From Ostreococcus lucimarinus (taxonomy: Eukaryota), in the NCBI GenBank assembly GCA_000092065.1, contig CP000583.1: 64,000 bases of DNA. One strand, written 5' to 3'. A model generated the notes under the pieces. It saw only the letters and a list, made by a program, of their open reading frames with translations, did no database searches and was not told the origin of the DNA. Below are positions 19,458-30,278 of the stretch, one piece after another. The translations under genes and the position numbers were made by a program. Within the stretch, counting starts at the first letter, position 1; each line of letters begins with the position of its first letter.

Positions 19458-20666
19458 ATGGCGCAACTGAAGGCTGGGTACTTGTTTCCGGAGATCGCGC
19501 GCATTCGCAACGCGCACTTGGAGAAGAATCCGGACGCGAAGATCATCTCTCTTGGGATCGGTGACACGACGGAACCGATTCCTAAGCCGATCACGGATGG
19601 GATGGTGGCCGCGGCGGCGGCGTTGGGCACGAAGGAAGGGTACTCGGCGAAGGGCGGGTACGGACCCGAGGCGGGTCAAATGGAATTGCGCAAGACTATC
19701 GCGGAAAAGCTCTACAAGGGGACGCCGATCACGTACGAAGACGTGTTCGCGTCTGATGGGTCCAAGTGCGATATCTCGCGCATGTTGCAAATGTTTGGCA
19801 GTGGACGTAAGATTGCGGTGCAAGACCCGTCGTACCCGGCGTACGTCGATTCCTCCGTCATCATGGGTCACTCCACGGGCTTCAACGACGCGGTCAAGCA
19901 GTACGAAAACATTACGTACATGCCGTGCGGCGCTGAGAATGATTTCTTTCCGGACTTGTCCGCGGCTAAGAGCGCGGAACTCATCTTCTTCTGCTCCCCG
20001 AATAACCCGACGGGCGCCGCGGCGACGCGCGCGCAGCTCACCGAGCTCGTGAACCAAGCTTTGGAGAGTGGATCCATCATCATCTACGACGCGGCGTATT
20101 CCGCGTTTGTCGGTAACCCGGACTGCCCGAAGACTATTTACGAAATTCCGGGCGCTGAGAAGTGCGCGATCGAGACGTGCTCGTTCTCCAAGTACGCCGG
20201 TTTCACCGGTTTGCGTCTCGGCTGGACCGTCTTCCCGGAGGCGCTCAAGTTTTCCGACGGCTCCTCCGTGCGTCAAGATTGGACCCGTATGATGGGTACG
20301 TCCTTCAACGGTGCGTCTACTGTCGCGCAAGGTGCCGGTCTCGCGTGCCTCACCGACGCCGGTTTGGCCGCCATGGGTGATATGGTTGCGTTTTACAAGG
20401 AAAACGCCGCCATCCTCAAGCGCACGTGGGAAGAAATGGGCTACAAAGTGTACGGTGGTACCGATGCGCCTTACGTGTGGGTTTCTTTCGAAGGCCGCGA
20501 CTCATGGGAAGTCTTCACGGAAATCCTCGACAAGACGGACATCGTCACCACCCCAGGCGCCGGTTTCGGCCCCGCCGGGAACGGCTACGTGCGCTGCAGC
20601 GCGTTCGGCAGCCGCGAGAACATCAACGAAGCCGCGCGTCGTCTCAAAGAGTCTTTCTCGAAGTAA
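19458..20666 (+). CDS. DAPL: LL-diaminopimelate aminotransferase (DapL / AGD2-type, PLP-dependent)
   Basis: ORF 18963..20666. From the ATG at 19458 it reads MAQLKAGYLFPEIARIRNAHLEKNPDAKIISLGIGDTTEPIP...SKCDISRMLQMFG...FFCSPNNPTGAAATRAQLTELV...SFSKYAGFTGLRLGWTVFP...GSRENINEAARRLKE. This is near-collinear with plant and chlamydial LL-DAP-AT (VERNPRMAQLKAGYLFPEI against the plant ...MEKLQAGYLFPEI). The upstream in-frame ATG at 18963 would overlap the divergent GK gene and encodes D-rich low complexity. A plastid leader, if present, is unresolved. Confidence 0.88.
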   Translation: MAQLKAGYLFPEIARIRNAHLEKNPDAKIISLGIGDTTEPIPKPITDGMVAAAAALGTKEGYSAKGGYGPEAGQMELRKTIAEKLYKGTPITYEDVFASDGSKCDISRMLQMFGSGRKIAVQDPSYPAYVDSSVIMGHSTGFNDAVKQYENITYMPCGAENDFFPDLSAAKSAELIFFCSPNNPTGAAATRAQLTELVNQALESGSIIIYDAAYSAFVGNPDCPKTIYEIPGAEKCAIETCSFSKYAGFTGLRLGWTVFPEALKFSDGSSVRQDWTRMMGTSFNGASTVAQGAGLACLTDAGLAAMGDMVAFYKENAAILKRTWEEMGYKVYGGTDAPYVWVSFEGRDSWEVFTEILDKTDIVTTPGAGFGPAGNGYVRCSAFGSRENINEAARRLKESFSK

Positions 20667-20967
20667 ATGCGCGGGCGTTGAGTAGGCACCGTTTTAATAA
20701 TAATCGTCACGCTAATTGGTACAGGAAGGTTTAGGAAGGAAGGAAGATTGGATAAATAAAAATGTCACGTTGTATAGAATTACATTCCGACTGGCGCTTT
20801 GAAGAGCCTTCGCGAGGCGTTGTGTACAGCGTTCGCTCTTCGCCGCGGGTTCGGGAAGCCAAAACAATCCTTCTCTAAATTTTTGCTTGCCGCAGTTTGA
20901 AAAAATGTCCAAATGAATGAAAATTTGGCCTTTGCTGACGACGTCCTGAAGGGCTGACGATGGAAAC

Positions 20968-22485
20968 TCATCGCCGGCTCTCCGCCGCCGCTTTGGCCTT
21001 GGCCTGTTTGGCCGCGAGCTCTCGCACCTTGGCGAGAAGCTCTTGTGGGATCTCTCGCTTCTTGTCGCCCACGGTCTTCACAGACTGTTGCGGCAACATT
21101 GCGATGCGTAAGAGGTTGCGCCACTTATCCTTGAGATCCACCGCCGTGCGGTGTTCGATGGCGGTGAAACCGAGCTTTTTGATATCTGCCCACTTACCGC
21201 CGCCGCACTGCGCGACGCCGCGCACGAGCGCTTCGGCTTCTTCGAGTGCCCAAGGATTGTGATGCTTACTACGACGACCGGTGCCATTCTCGCCGGGTTT
21301 ACCTCTACCGGCGGGTTTGCCAGCGGCGCGACCGGATCCTTTCTTGCCGATGTCGCCGTCGTTGGATTCGGCATCGCTCACGCTCTTCGCCTTTTTGTGC
21401 GCACTCTTCGGGAGTGTGGCTTCGGCGGAGCGCTTTCCCTTGGCGCCCTTACCGCCTCGTCCTTTCGCCGCGACGCCACGTCTGGGGCTCTCGTGTTCGT
21501 CCATAGCGTCGTCGTCGTACAACGAGCGCGCAGACTTGACTTGGCGCTTGCCCGCGGCGCGCTTGGGCGATGCTTGCGGCTTGAAGCGAGATGCGCCCAC
21601 GTTCATGAGGGTGTCCTCGCCGGAAAGCGGCGAGCTGAATCGGCTCGACGGCGGCGTGAAGTCGTCGCCATTTCTGAACGCTTCGAGTCGCTTAAGGATC
21701 CACTGTCTATTGTTTGAGTTGGTGTCCTTGCCGAAGAGAGCGCGATACTGCCCGCGCAGAGAGGCGATGGATTCAACCTCGGTGTGCCCTGGAACACCGA
21801 AATCGATCACAGCTGGGACGTGCGCATACGCGCCGTGCGCGCCACCACCCGAAGCCCACTCGGGCTCGTGATCATTCGGCGCGACGAGACCGCACAAATT
21901 GCCGTTGCTCATCCAAGACGAGAGCGGCGGCGCGTTGTGCTCGACGAAAATTTCAGCGCCTTCGTCATCGATGAGACCGATGGCGCCGTCCATAATCGGT
22001 GCGCCGAATTCACACAGCAAGTTCTCCGCGGCTTCATCCAGGGTGACGTCGAACGGGGAGTACGACCGGTTCGACGCGGCGTCGCCGCTCAAGTAGGCCA
22101 CGCTCTGCGTCGACGCCTTGTCGTCGTCGTCGCTTCCACCTGACGCCGTGAGCATGCCCAAATTCCCCATCGACCCACTTCCCGTTCCAAGCATTGCCCC
22201 ATACCCGTGTTCCAACAACGCTCCACGCTCCGCCGCCGCGCGTCTCTGCGCCTTCGTCGCGCTCAAAATTTCCCGCTCCGCCGCCTTCAGCACCGGATCC
22301 GCGTCGAACGGCCCCGCCTCCGACACGAATCCCGCCATTTGTTGATCTACCGCATCGGTATCCCCATTCACATCGGGTCGATTCACGAATCTATACCCGC
22401 GCACCGCTCCCGGCGCGCCGTCCCGTCGCAGCGCCGCGCGCGTCGCATGACACCCGGGTGTTTGGGATGGCGCCATGGTCGCCAT
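20968..22485 (-). CDS. Myb/SANT (telobox / TRF-like) DNA-binding-domain protein
   Basis: ORF 20968..22875. The listed start is a TTG and the first real ATG is at 22485 (MATMAPSQ). The C-terminal single Myb reads HHNPWALEEAEALVRGVAQCGGGKWADIKKLGFTAIEHRTAVDLKDKWRNLLRIA. A lysine-rich tail follows. Confidence 0.55.
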   Translation of the reverse strand: MATMAPSQTPGCHATRAALRRDGAPGAVRGYRFVNRPDVNGDTDAVDQQMAGFVSEAGPFDADPVLKAAEREILSATKAQRRAAAERGALLEHGYGAMLGTGSGSMGNLGMLTASGGSDDDDKASTQSVAYLSGDAASNRSYSPFDVTLDEAAENLLCEFGAPIMDGAIGLIDDEGAEIFVEHNAPPLSSWMSNGNLCGLVAPNDHEPEWASGGGAHGAYAHVPAVIDFGVPGHTEVESIASLRGQYRALFGKDTNSNNRQWILKRLEAFRNGDDFTPPSSRFSSPLSGEDTLMNVGASRFKPQASPKRAAGKRQVKSARSLYDDDAMDEHESPRRGVAAKGRGGKGAKGKRSAEATLPKSAHKKAKSVSDAESNDGDIGKKGSGRAAGKPAGRGKPGENGTGRRSKHHNPWALEEAEALVRGVAQCGGGKWADIKKLGFTAIEHRTAVDLKDKWRNLLRIAMLPQQSVKTVGDKKREIPQELLAKVRELAAKQAKAKAAAESRR

Positions 22486-23095
22486 CCCGCGCGCGCGATT
22501 AATCCCTCCGCGCGTCCGCTCGCGCGCCTCCACCGCGTCCGCTCGCGCGCCGAATCGACCGATCCGTTTTCTTTCCTCGACTCCCGCGCGTCCTCGTCCC
22601 CGTTCGCGCGTCGCGCGCGTCACGAACGACCAGTCACGCGCGTCCGAGGCGATCGCTCGACGTCGCGCGGCCGTCGGCGTCGCGATTCCGTCACCGAAAG
22701 CGCGTCGCCTCGTCGCGCGCGTCGCGCGCGGGCGTTCGTCCGCGCGCGCGAAATCCGCGCGAGTTTTCCACGCGCGGCGTCGCGCGGCGCGAGCGTCGTG
22801 CGAGCGCGCGCGTGCGGCGCGCGTCGGCGTGTCGCGGCGCCGCCGCCGCGCGCGAGAGCGGCGGCGCGTTTCCAACCGGAACGCGCGCGCGCGCGCGATG
22901 GCGCTGTCGGGGCCTCGAACGCGATGCGCGACGCGGTTTTTCGTGATCGGTCCCTAGATCTGTACCTTGTCACTGTTTACTCATACCCGAAAGTCGGATC
23001 ATTTTCTTATCGGGTGACGTCTGACGACGAGCCGTGACGTCTGACGCGGCGACTTTCGTGCGCCGACTTTCGTGTTTTCGCAGATCGCGCTCTGG

Positions 23096-23653
23096 ATGCG
23101 TCGACTACGAGTGTTCGGACGAGTGTTCGGACGTTCGGACGTTCGGACGTTCGGACGTTCGGACGCCCGCGTCGGTCGCCGCGCCGGCGTCGTCGCCATC
23201 GCGCGACGCCGCGCTCTCTTCCGCGCGCGCGCGGAGACGGCGCCGCGCGACCGATCGGCGATGTCGCGCGCGATGCGCGGCGCGGTGCGCGACGCCCTGC
23301 GACGATCGCTCGCGGAGCAGGCGCCGCACTCGCTGCGCGTGCACATGAGCAACAAGTACGTGTACGCGCAGATCGTGCGCGCGCTCGACGGCCACGTCGT
23401 CGCGAGCGCGTCGACGATCGAGCGCGCGTTCCCGTTCGCGGAGAGCGACGCGAGCGCGAGCGCGACGACGCGCGAGATGCGGTCGAGGAGCGATAAGCGG
23501 GCGGCGGCGGCGGTGGGCGACGCGCTCGCGCGCAGGGCCAAGGCGGCGAACGTCGACGCGGTGAAGTGGACGCGACCGTACGGCAAGCGGTTTCACGGGA
23601 AGATCGCGTCGTTGATGGAGGCGCTGAAGAGCGGTGGGGTGGGATTGTTGTAG
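23096..23653 (+). CDS. Bacterial-type ribosomal protein uL18 (organellar, probably mitochondrial), with an arginine-rich presequence
   Basis: ORF 23072..23653 (the listed start is a GTG). The first ATG is at 23096 (MRRLRVFGRVFGRSDVRTFGRSDARVGRRAG...), a presequence-like leader. The mature-like core from the ATG at 23261 reads MSRAMRGAVRDALRRSLAEQAPHSLRVHMSNKYVYAQIVRALDGHVVASAST...AVGDALARRAKAANVDAVKWTRPYGKRFHGKIASLMEALKSGG, and is collinear with bacterial L18. The leader is encoded by a (GTTCGGAC)n octamer repeat, so the start at 23261 remains possible. Confidence 0.6.
   Translation: MRRLRVFGRVFGRSDVRTFGRSDARVGRRAGVVAIARRRALFRARAETAPRDRSAMSRAMRGAVRDALRRSLAEQAPHSLRVHMSNKYVYAQIVRALDGHVVASASTIERAFPFAESDASASATTREMRSRSDKRAAAAVGDALARRAKAANVDAVKWTRPYGKRFHGKIASLMEALKSGGVGLL
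23109..23164. repeat. Tandem repeat: two copies of GAGTGTTCGGAC followed by four copies of GTTCGGAC
   Basis: Read directly from the sequence: gagtgttcggac gagtgttcggac gttcggac gttcggac gttcggac gttcggac. It lies within the putative 5' leader of the uL18 gene. Confidence 0.85.
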
Positions 23654-23840
23654 CTTTGTAGTGCGATGTGCGTTTGTATTCGTTCGCGTCGACGCGCGCG
23701 AGAGACGCGAAATCACTCGACGCGCGAGAGGCGCGTCGACGCCGCATTCGTCGTCGCCTCGGGACGCGTGAAGCGCGCGCGCGCGCCGTCGATCGCGCGT
23801 TTGAGCGTTTTCGTTCGTCTCTCGTCCCGCGCGCGACGCG

Positions 23841-24653
23841 ATGGGGTCTTCCGACGACGAGAAACCTCGCGCCGCCGAGCGCGAGGCGAAGAAGGAGAAG
23901 AAGGAAAAGAAGGAAAAGAAGGAGAAGAAGTCTTCCGATGGCGGCGACGAGGGCGACGAGAAGAGACCGACGGCGACGCCGGTTGAGATTCACACGCTGT
24001 TTTTCGGACAGATGCCGTTCGATACGAAGTCTTCGGACATCATGCCTTGGTTGAAGGCGAATTTGACCAGACACGGGTGCGGATTCGATATTAAGGACAT
24101 ACGCATGGCGGGAGGGGACGGCACGGGGACGCCGGGAAAGGCGAAAAAGTTTAAAGGGTACGCGTTCGTTGATTTTACGACGAATAAAGCGGCGAAGAAG
24201 GCGATGAAATTGCATCAGACGTTGTTTCGCGGACGGCCGGTGACGGTGGAGCGGTGCGCGCGCAAGGAGTACGCGGCGCCAAAGTCGGAGAAACGGAAGC
24301 GCGCGGCGGAGGGTGGGGGCGAAGGCGCGGATGGAGAGCCTGAAAAGAAGATGTTGAAGACACTGGTGGAACCGGATGCGGTGAAGGCCATGGTGGCGGA
24401 GGCTGCGGAGAACAGCGAGGGCACGCTCGCCGCGAACGACTGCGACGAAAAAGTCTTGTCCTTCTTGGGCTTGCTCCCCTCGGACGTGTGTCAAAAGGCG
24501 GTGAATGAGATCAAAAAGGTTTGCATGAAGGGTAACCAAGCGAAGAATAAGGGGGCGTACTTCATGGGGATCATTCGCAAGGTGAGCAAGACGTCGTGGG
24601 AGGAACGCGCGAAAGCCGACGCGGCGAAGGCAAAAGGCGCCGCCGAGTCTTAG
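23841..24653 (+). CDS. RRM-domain RNA-binding protein with a lysine/glutamate-rich N-terminus
   Basis: A 270-aa ORF with a real ATG. The N-terminus KKEKKEKKEKKEKK is encoded by a GAAGAAGGA-type repeat. The RRM reads LFFGQMPFDTKSSDIMPWLK...KFKGYAFVDFTTNKAAKKAMKLHQTLFRGRPVTVERC. Confidence 0.65.
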   Translation: MGSSDDEKPRAAEREAKKEKKEKKEKKEKKSSDGGDEGDEKRPTATPVEIHTLFFGQMPFDTKSSDIMPWLKANLTRHGCGFDIKDIRMAGGDGTGTPGKAKKFKGYAFVDFTTNKAAKKAMKLHQTLFRGRPVTVERCARKEYAAPKSEKRKRAAEGGGEGADGEPEKKMLKTLVEPDAVKAMVAEAAENSEGTLAANDCDEKVLSFLGLLPSDVCQKAVNEIKKVCMKGNQAKNKGAYFMGIIRKVSKTSWEERAKADAAKAKGAAES

Positions 24654-24779
24654 AAGAAAAGAGAATTGTGATATGCAATATGTAGTTTGTGTGTAGTCAT
24701 TGAACTTGCGTTTGATCGGCGTGTGCTATATGGTACAACATACTGTGCGAGATGTTTTTATTGGGACGTCTCCGCGACT

Positions 24780-27512
24780 TTAAGCCGGAGCCGCGAAGCC
24801 GAGAACCTTGTCCGCCAAGTCGGCCGGAGCGTACACGGCGACGGTGCGCGAGGGCAAGTACGCCAAGAACGAGGCCGGGCGACCGTTGAAGGCGTAATCT
24901 TCGGCGACAAATTCGGGCGCCGTGTACGTCCACAAGTTGGAGTAACCACCAAATTCGGGGTTGTCCGAGCTCAGCACGAGCTTGTAATTCGTCTTTTCCT
25001 TGCATCCGATGCGGTAGTCGCTAAACGACTGCGTCGGGTTCCAGTTGAACACAAACACCAAGTCACCGCGCTCGAACACGACAACTTTATCCGCGTCGCT
25101 CTTGCACGACGTGTACTGGTGGCTAGACGCGAGGTACTTGAAAGCGCCGGCGACCTTGTTCATCTGCGCGTCGAACGCGTTGAGGTACTTGTAGCGCAAG
25201 TGGTCCATGTCGGCCAAGTCGAATCGTCGGCGGCACAAATGGTACGAGTTGCCGTTACCCGGGATGAATTCACCCGTCGACGCCTCGACGCGATCATCGC
25301 GCGGGAAATCGATCCACTCCGGGTGGCCGAATTCGTTACCCATAAAGTTCAAGTAACCTTCGCCACCGAGACCCATCGTGAATTGGCGAATCATCTTGTG
25401 CAAGGCAATGCCGCGCGACACGACGGGGCTGTCGGGTACCAGCGTGGACATGTTGGTGTACATTTCTGCATCCATCAACCAGAAAGCGGTAGTCTTATCG
25501 CCAACGAGCGCTTGATCGTGAGATTCGGCGTAAGAGATGCACTTTTCGCCGTAGCGACGGTTCTCCATGGTGAACACCAAGTTACCCATGTCCCAGTTTT
25601 CATCCGAACCCCACTCGCTCAAGACCTCGATCCACTTGTCCGCGATGGCCATTTGGAGGCGATAGTCGAAACCGACACCGCCTTCGCTGACCGGGCGGCA
25701 AAGCGTCGGCATGCCGCTCACGTCTTCCGCGATCGTCGTCATCTTGCCTTCGTAGAGAGTGTGAAGCATGTCGTTGGCGAGCATGAGGTACACCATGGCG
25801 TCGACGTCAGTGGCCATGCCAAAGTACTCTTCATAGTTACCCGTGAAGGCGACTTGAAGACCGTGATGCTTGTACATCATGGACGTCACGCCATCGAAAC
25901 GGAAACCATCAAACTTGAATTCTTCGATCCAGTAGCGAAGGTTCGAGAGCAAGTAGCGCACGACTTCCCATTCGCCGTAGTTGAAGCATCGGGAATCCCA
26001 CATCCAATGATAACCTTCCGGACCAGAGTGGAAGTACTGACCGTTGCTACCGTCGAACATGTTGATGCCGTCGATGGAGTTGGACGACGCGTGAGAGTGC
26101 ACCAAATCCATGAGCACGGTGAGGCCCATGGAGTGCGCCTTGTCGACCAAGTACTTCAATTCATCGGGCGTACCGCATCGAGAAGACACGCCGAAGAAAT
26201 TGGTGACGTGGTAGCCGAAAGATGCGTAGTACGCGTGCTCTTGAACAGCCATCAATTGTACGGCGTTGTAACCGAGGTCTTTGATGCGCGGCAAGACATC
26301 GTCGGCGAACTCGACGTAAGAGTTGATCTTCGGCTCGGTGGAAGACATCCCGACGTGCGCTTCGTAAATGCGAAGCTCTTCGGGGGCATCCGGTCGCTCG
26401 TACTTGAACTTGTACTGCTCTTCTTCCGGGGGATCGTAGTAGATGCCGTTGAACGGAATTTCGCCTTGCGCCTGCACCGCGTACTTGATCCAAGCCGGGA
26501 TGCGGTCGACGGGTTCGCCGTTGGGAATTTGAAGATGAATCTTCACGCGAGAGCCGTGCGGGATGGCCGGAGAACCGTCCGCGTTGTTCGGAAGGAACAC
26601 TTCGAACACGCCGTAATCGTTCTTGGTCATCCACTTGCCATTCTCGCCGAGATCCCAACCGTTGAAGTCGCCGCGAAGGCACGCGGCCGACGCGTTCGGC
26701 GCCCACTCTCTGTAAGTAATGCCCTCCGCGGTGCGCGTGAAACCCATCTTTTCATAGCCTCGGCTGAACTTTTCGATGCCACCTTCGTGATCTTCGATCG
26801 CTTGGCGCAAGTTCTTGAACTTTTCGAAACGATGACCGAGGTGTCCCTTGTGGTGTTCCAACATCGAGTCGAGCGCGCAGACGGCGAAACCATCGCCCTC
26901 AATCGGCGGCATCTTGAATCCCTCCAAACGATCCGCCTTTTCCGTGAACGCACCGACGGTCACCGGCGCAGACACCGGTTGCGGCGTCGGTTCCGGCTTC
27001 GCCGCCGCCGCCTCCGGCTCCGGCTTCGCCGCCGCCGGTTCCTCCACCGCCACCGCCGCCGCCGCCATCCCCGTCGCCGCCGCCGCCTCCTCGGCGTCCA
27101 ACTCCGCCTTCAATCTCTCGTTTTCCAACCGCAGCGCCTCCACCGCCGCCGTCACCGCGTCCAAATCAAACCCGTCTCCGCTCGCCTTGACCGTCGCGCG
27201 TCCTCTCGCCTGCGAACGAATAATCGCGATCGATTCGTCAGTCCTCCCGCCGCGCGCGCGCGTCCGACCCCATCCACCGTCCCGTCGTCGCCGCGTCGCT
27301 CGCGCGTCGATCTCTTCGTCGCCGCGCGTCGATCGTCGCGTCGTCGCGTCGTCGCGCGTCCGATCGCGTCCGTCATCCGTTATCCACTTCGCGCGTCGCG
27401 CGCGCGCCGCTCGACGCACCGTGACGCGTCGCGTCGCGCGCGCGCGCGAGACTCTCGTCGCGGGCCGCGCGAAGCGCGCGCTCGGCGCGGTCGCGCGCGC
27501 GCTCGGCGCCAT
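24780..27512 (-). CDS. SBE: Starch (1,4-alpha-glucan) branching enzyme, GH13, with a plastid transit-like leader
   Basis: A 910-aa ORF with a real ATG at 27512. The catalytic region reads [10 protein letters not shown]...[63 protein letters not shown]...[19 protein letters not shown]...[22 protein letters not shown]. Plus-strand ORF 24687..27968 is its antisense shadow. Confidence 0.9.
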   Translation of the reverse strand: MAPSARATAPSARFARPATRVSRARATRRVTVRRAARARRAKWITDDGRDRTRDDATTRRSTRGDEEIDARATRRRRDGGWGRTRARGGRTDESIAIIRSQARGRATVKASGDGFDLDAVTAAVEALRLENERLKAELDAEEAAAATGMAAAAVAVEEPAAAKPEPEAAAAKPEPTPQPVSAPVTVGAFTEKADRLEGFKMPPIEGDGFAVCALDSMLEHHKGHLGHRFEKFKNLRQAIEDHEGGIEKFSRGYEKMGFTRTAEGITYREWAPNASAACLRGDFNGWDLGENGKWMTKNDYGVFEVFLPNNADGSPAIPHGSRVKIHLQIPNGEPVDRIPAWIKYAVQAQGEIPFNGIYYDPPEEEQYKFKYERPDAPEELRIYEAHVGMSSTEPKINSYVEFADDVLPRIKDLGYNAVQLMAVQEHAYYASFGYHVTNFFGVSSRCGTPDELKYLVDKAHSMGLTVLMDLVHSHASSNSIDGINMFDGSNGQYFHSGPEGYHWMWDSRCFNYGEWEVVRYLLSNLRYWIEEFKFDGFRFDGVTSMMYKHHGLQVAFTGNYEEYFGMATDVDAMVYLMLANDMLHTLYEGKMTTIAEDVSGMPTLCRPVSEGGVGFDYRLQMAIADKWIEVLSEWGSDENWDMGNLVFTMENRRYGEKCISYAESHDQALVGDKTTAFWLMDAEMYTNMSTLVPDSPVVSRGIALHKMIRQFTMGLGGEGYLNFMGNEFGHPEWIDFPRDDRVEASTGEFIPGNGNSYHLCRRRFDLADMDHLRYKYLNAFDAQMNKVAGAFKYLASSHQYTSCKSDADKVVVFERGDLVFVFNWNPTQSFSDYRIGCKEKTNYKLVLSSDNPEFGGYSNLWTYTAPEFVAEDYAFNGRPASFLAYLPSRTVAVYAPADLADKVLGFAAPA

Positions 27513-27699
27513 GTCGAGTCGTCGCGCGTCGGTGTGCGCCGACGACGCGCGCGCGCGAAGGAGAGGCGCAGATGCGTCGACGCGCGATCGACGTTTGTGA
27601 TATATTATACGTGTCGTATGTCCGAGTTATGTTTTTATCTCTCGCGCGACGCATCGACGGCCCGGCGCGCGGCGTCGACGACGGAGCGCGACGCGCGCG

Positions 27700-30093
27700 A
27701 TGTGGACGCTCGAGTGCGCGACGGCGGCGGGCGCGCGCGATGCCGCGACGCTCGAGACGCTGAACGCGCACGTCGGGCGACAGGTGTGGACGCACGTCGA
27801 CGCGAACGAGGGAGACGACGAGGCGGGCGAGACGACGACGACGACGACGACGACGACGGGCGAGGGAAACGCCGCGCGACGACGGTGGACGAAGGAAGAG
27901 ATAAAGAGGGGACGCGCGGCGCAAGACGCGATGCGGGCGGCGTACGCGAAGACGCGGCACGAGCGTAAACACAGCGAAGACGCGTTTCTGCGCGCGCAGT
28001 ACGACGCGAGGCGAAGCGCGCGAGGCTTGGAGACGAAGACGAAGACGCCGAGCGCGATGGAGATTTCGAGAGGGGAAAAAGAGGGGAAGGGCGTCGACGG
28101 GGAGGTGGTGCGGCGAGCGATGCGAGCGGGGATCGAGTATTATCGAGGGATACAGGACGAGGACGGACACTGGGCGAGCGACTACGGCGGGCCGATGTTT
28201 TTGATGCCGGGGTTGATCATCGCGGCGAACGTCATGGAAAAATCGGAGGAGATCATCGGTGAAGCGCGAGGGCGGGAGATGCTGAGATACCTGGAGAATC
28301 ACTTGAACGAGGATGGGGGCGTTGGGTTGCACATCGAAGGTCACAGTACAATGTTTGGGACGGTTTTGACGTACGTGGCGATGCGGTTGCTCGGCAAGGC
28401 GGCGGATTCGCCCGAGTGCGCGAAAACGCGCAAGTGGATCATCGATCGCGGTGGCGCGACGCAGGTACCGTCGTGGGGGAAGTTTTGGCTCGCCGTGCTG
28501 GGGGTGTACGAGTGGCACGGGTTGAATCCGATTCCGCCCGAGTGTTGGTTGTTGCCGTATTGGCTCCCCATGCATCCGGGTCGATTCTGGTGCCACTGTC
28601 GCATGGTGTACTTGCCGATGAGTTACCTGTACGGCATCCGGGCCACGGGTAAACCGACGGCGTTGACCGCGGCGTTGAAATCGGAGTTATACGCCGAGGC
28701 ATCGTACGACTCAATCAACTGGAACACTGCGAGAAACGCGTGCGCGAAGGAGGACTTGTACTACCCGCACCCGTGGATTCAAGACGTCGTCTGGTCGACG
28801 CTCATGAAGGTCGAGCCGTTCTTGATGAATTCTCGCGTGCGCAAGGCGGCGTGCGAAGATGCGATGCGGCAGATTCATTACGAGGACGAAAACACGCGCT
28901 ACGTGGACATTGGGCCGGTGAATAAAGTCTTCAATATGTTGTCATGCTGGTTTGAAGATCCCGATTCAGAGGCGGTGAAGAAGCACATTCCACGCATCGC
29001 CGACTACCTCTGGGTCGCCGAGGACGGGATGAAAATGCAAGGATACAACGGAAGTCAGCTGTGGGACTGCGCGTTTTCCGTTCAAGCGATCGTAGCGACG
29101 GGTTTAGCGGACGAATATGGCGAGTGCTTACGTCGCGCGCACGACTACATCGAAAAGAGTCAAGTACGAGACGACTGCCCTGATGTCGAAAAGTGGTATC
29201 GTCACATTTCCAAGGGTGCGTGGCCGTTCAGCACACGCGATCACGGTTGGCCGATCTCCGATTGCTCCTCCGAAGGCTTGAAGGCGGCTTTGACGCTGGC
29301 GTCGATGGACGAGAAACTCGTCGGCGAGGCGATTCCCGTCGACCGACTCGCGGATTGCGTGAACGTCATCCTATCCTATCAAAATCGCGGCAGTGGTGGC
29401 TGGGCTACGTACGAAAATACTCGATCGACGAAGTGGGTCGAGCTCTTGAACCCAGCGGAGACGTTCGGGGACATCATGATCGATTACCCGTACGTTGAGT
29501 GCTCGAGCGCGAGTTTGCAGGCGCTGTGCAAATTTTCTGAGCGCTATCCGGACATTCGCGCCAAGGATATCGCGCATGCCAAGAAGACTGGCCGAAAGTT
29601 TTTGAAAAGTATTCAACGCGCCGATGGAAGCTGGTACGGATCGTGGGCGGTGTGCTTCACGTACGGAACGTGGTTCGGCGTCCTGGGATTGATCGCCACG
29701 GGGTCGACGTACGAGACGTGCCCATCGCTTCGTAAAGCAGTCGAGTTCTTGCTCTCGAAACAGCAAGAAAATGGTGGATGGAGCGAGAGCTATTTATCGT
29801 GCGAGAAAAAGGCGTACCACGAGCTTCGCGACAAGGATGGTAAGCCGAAGCCGCACTTGGTAAACACGGGATGGGCGATGCTTGCGCTCATCGCCAGCGG
29901 TCAACAAAACCGCGACGCGACGCCATTACATCGCGCCGCACGATGCATGCTCTCACAACAATATGAGAACGGCGATTTCCCGCAGCAAAGCATCATGGGT
30001 GTCTTCAACGCCAACTGCATGATTTCCTACAGTTGCTACCGAAGCATTTTCACACTCTGGGCGCTCGGCGAGTACTGCAACAAAGTTCTGTAA
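27700..30093 (+). CDS. CAS1: Oxidosqualene cyclase, most likely cycloartenol synthase
   Basis: A 797-aa ORF with a real ATG. The N-terminus MWTLECATAAG...LETLNAHVGRQVWTHVD matches the plant CAS1 N-terminus (MWKLKIAEGG...NNHVGRQ.WEFD). QW-type repeats are present, along with the catalytic region GWPISDCSSEGL (the DCTAE equivalent) and the C-terminal NGDFPQQSIMGVFNANCMISYSCYRSIFTLWALGEY. A (ACG)9-encoded T9 run lies at about 27832..27858. Confidence 0.88.
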   Translation: MWTLECATAAGARDAATLETLNAHVGRQVWTHVDANEGDDEAGETTTTTTTTTGEGNAARRRWTKEEIKRGRAAQDAMRAAYAKTRHERKHSEDAFLRAQYDARRSARGLETKTKTPSAMEISRGEKEGKGVDGEVVRRAMRAGIEYYRGIQDEDGHWASDYGGPMFLMPGLIIAANVMEKSEEIIGEARGREMLRYLENHLNEDGGVGLHIEGHSTMFGTVLTYVAMRLLGKAADSPECAKTRKWIIDRGGATQVPSWGKFWLAVLGVYEWHGLNPIPPECWLLPYWLPMHPGRFWCHCRMVYLPMSYLYGIRATGKPTALTAALKSELYAEASYDSINWNTARNACAKEDLYYPHPWIQDVVWSTLMKVEPFLMNSRVRKAACEDAMRQIHYEDENTRYVDIGPVNKVFNMLSCWFEDPDSEAVKKHIPRIADYLWVAEDGMKMQGYNGSQLWDCAFSVQAIVATGLADEYGECLRRAHDYIEKSQVRDDCPDVEKWYRHISKGAWPFSTRDHGWPISDCSSEGLKAALTLASMDEKLVGEAIPVDRLADCVNVILSYQNRGSGGWATYENTRSTKWVELLNPAETFGDIMIDYPYVECSSASLQALCKFSERYPDIRAKDIAHAKKTGRKFLKSIQRADGSWYGSWAVCFTYGTWFGVLGLIATGSTYETCPSLRKAVEFLLSKQQENGGWSESYLSCEKKAYHELRDKDGKPKPHLVNTGWAMLALIASGQQNRDATPLHRAARCMLSQQYENGDFPQQSIMGVFNANCMISYSCYRSIFTLWALGEYCNKVL
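30089..30093 (+). terminator. TGTAA poly(A)-signal motif overlapping the CAS1 stop codon (cTGTAAaag)
   Basis: The TAA stop at 30091-30093 is the last three bases of TGTAA. Confidence 0.4.
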
Positions 30094-30278
30094 AAGAAAT
30101 ACCTTTGAACTCGACAGCACGAGACAAACTCGTCCCAGGGAGCGGGTCGTGTGCGCACACACAAAATCGCGTGGACCTGGAGCAGCGCCCGCGTCGTCTC
30201 GCAGTAAACATTTCTTGAAACAAATACGCATTGAATTAATAATCACTTCCTGAAATCCATAAATACAACGCTGAAAAG

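Noticed and set aside
24687-27968. ORF 24687..27968 on the plus strand (1093 aa)
   Set aside because: It is an antisense shadow of the starch branching enzyme. It has no conserved motifs and is R/V/H-rich.
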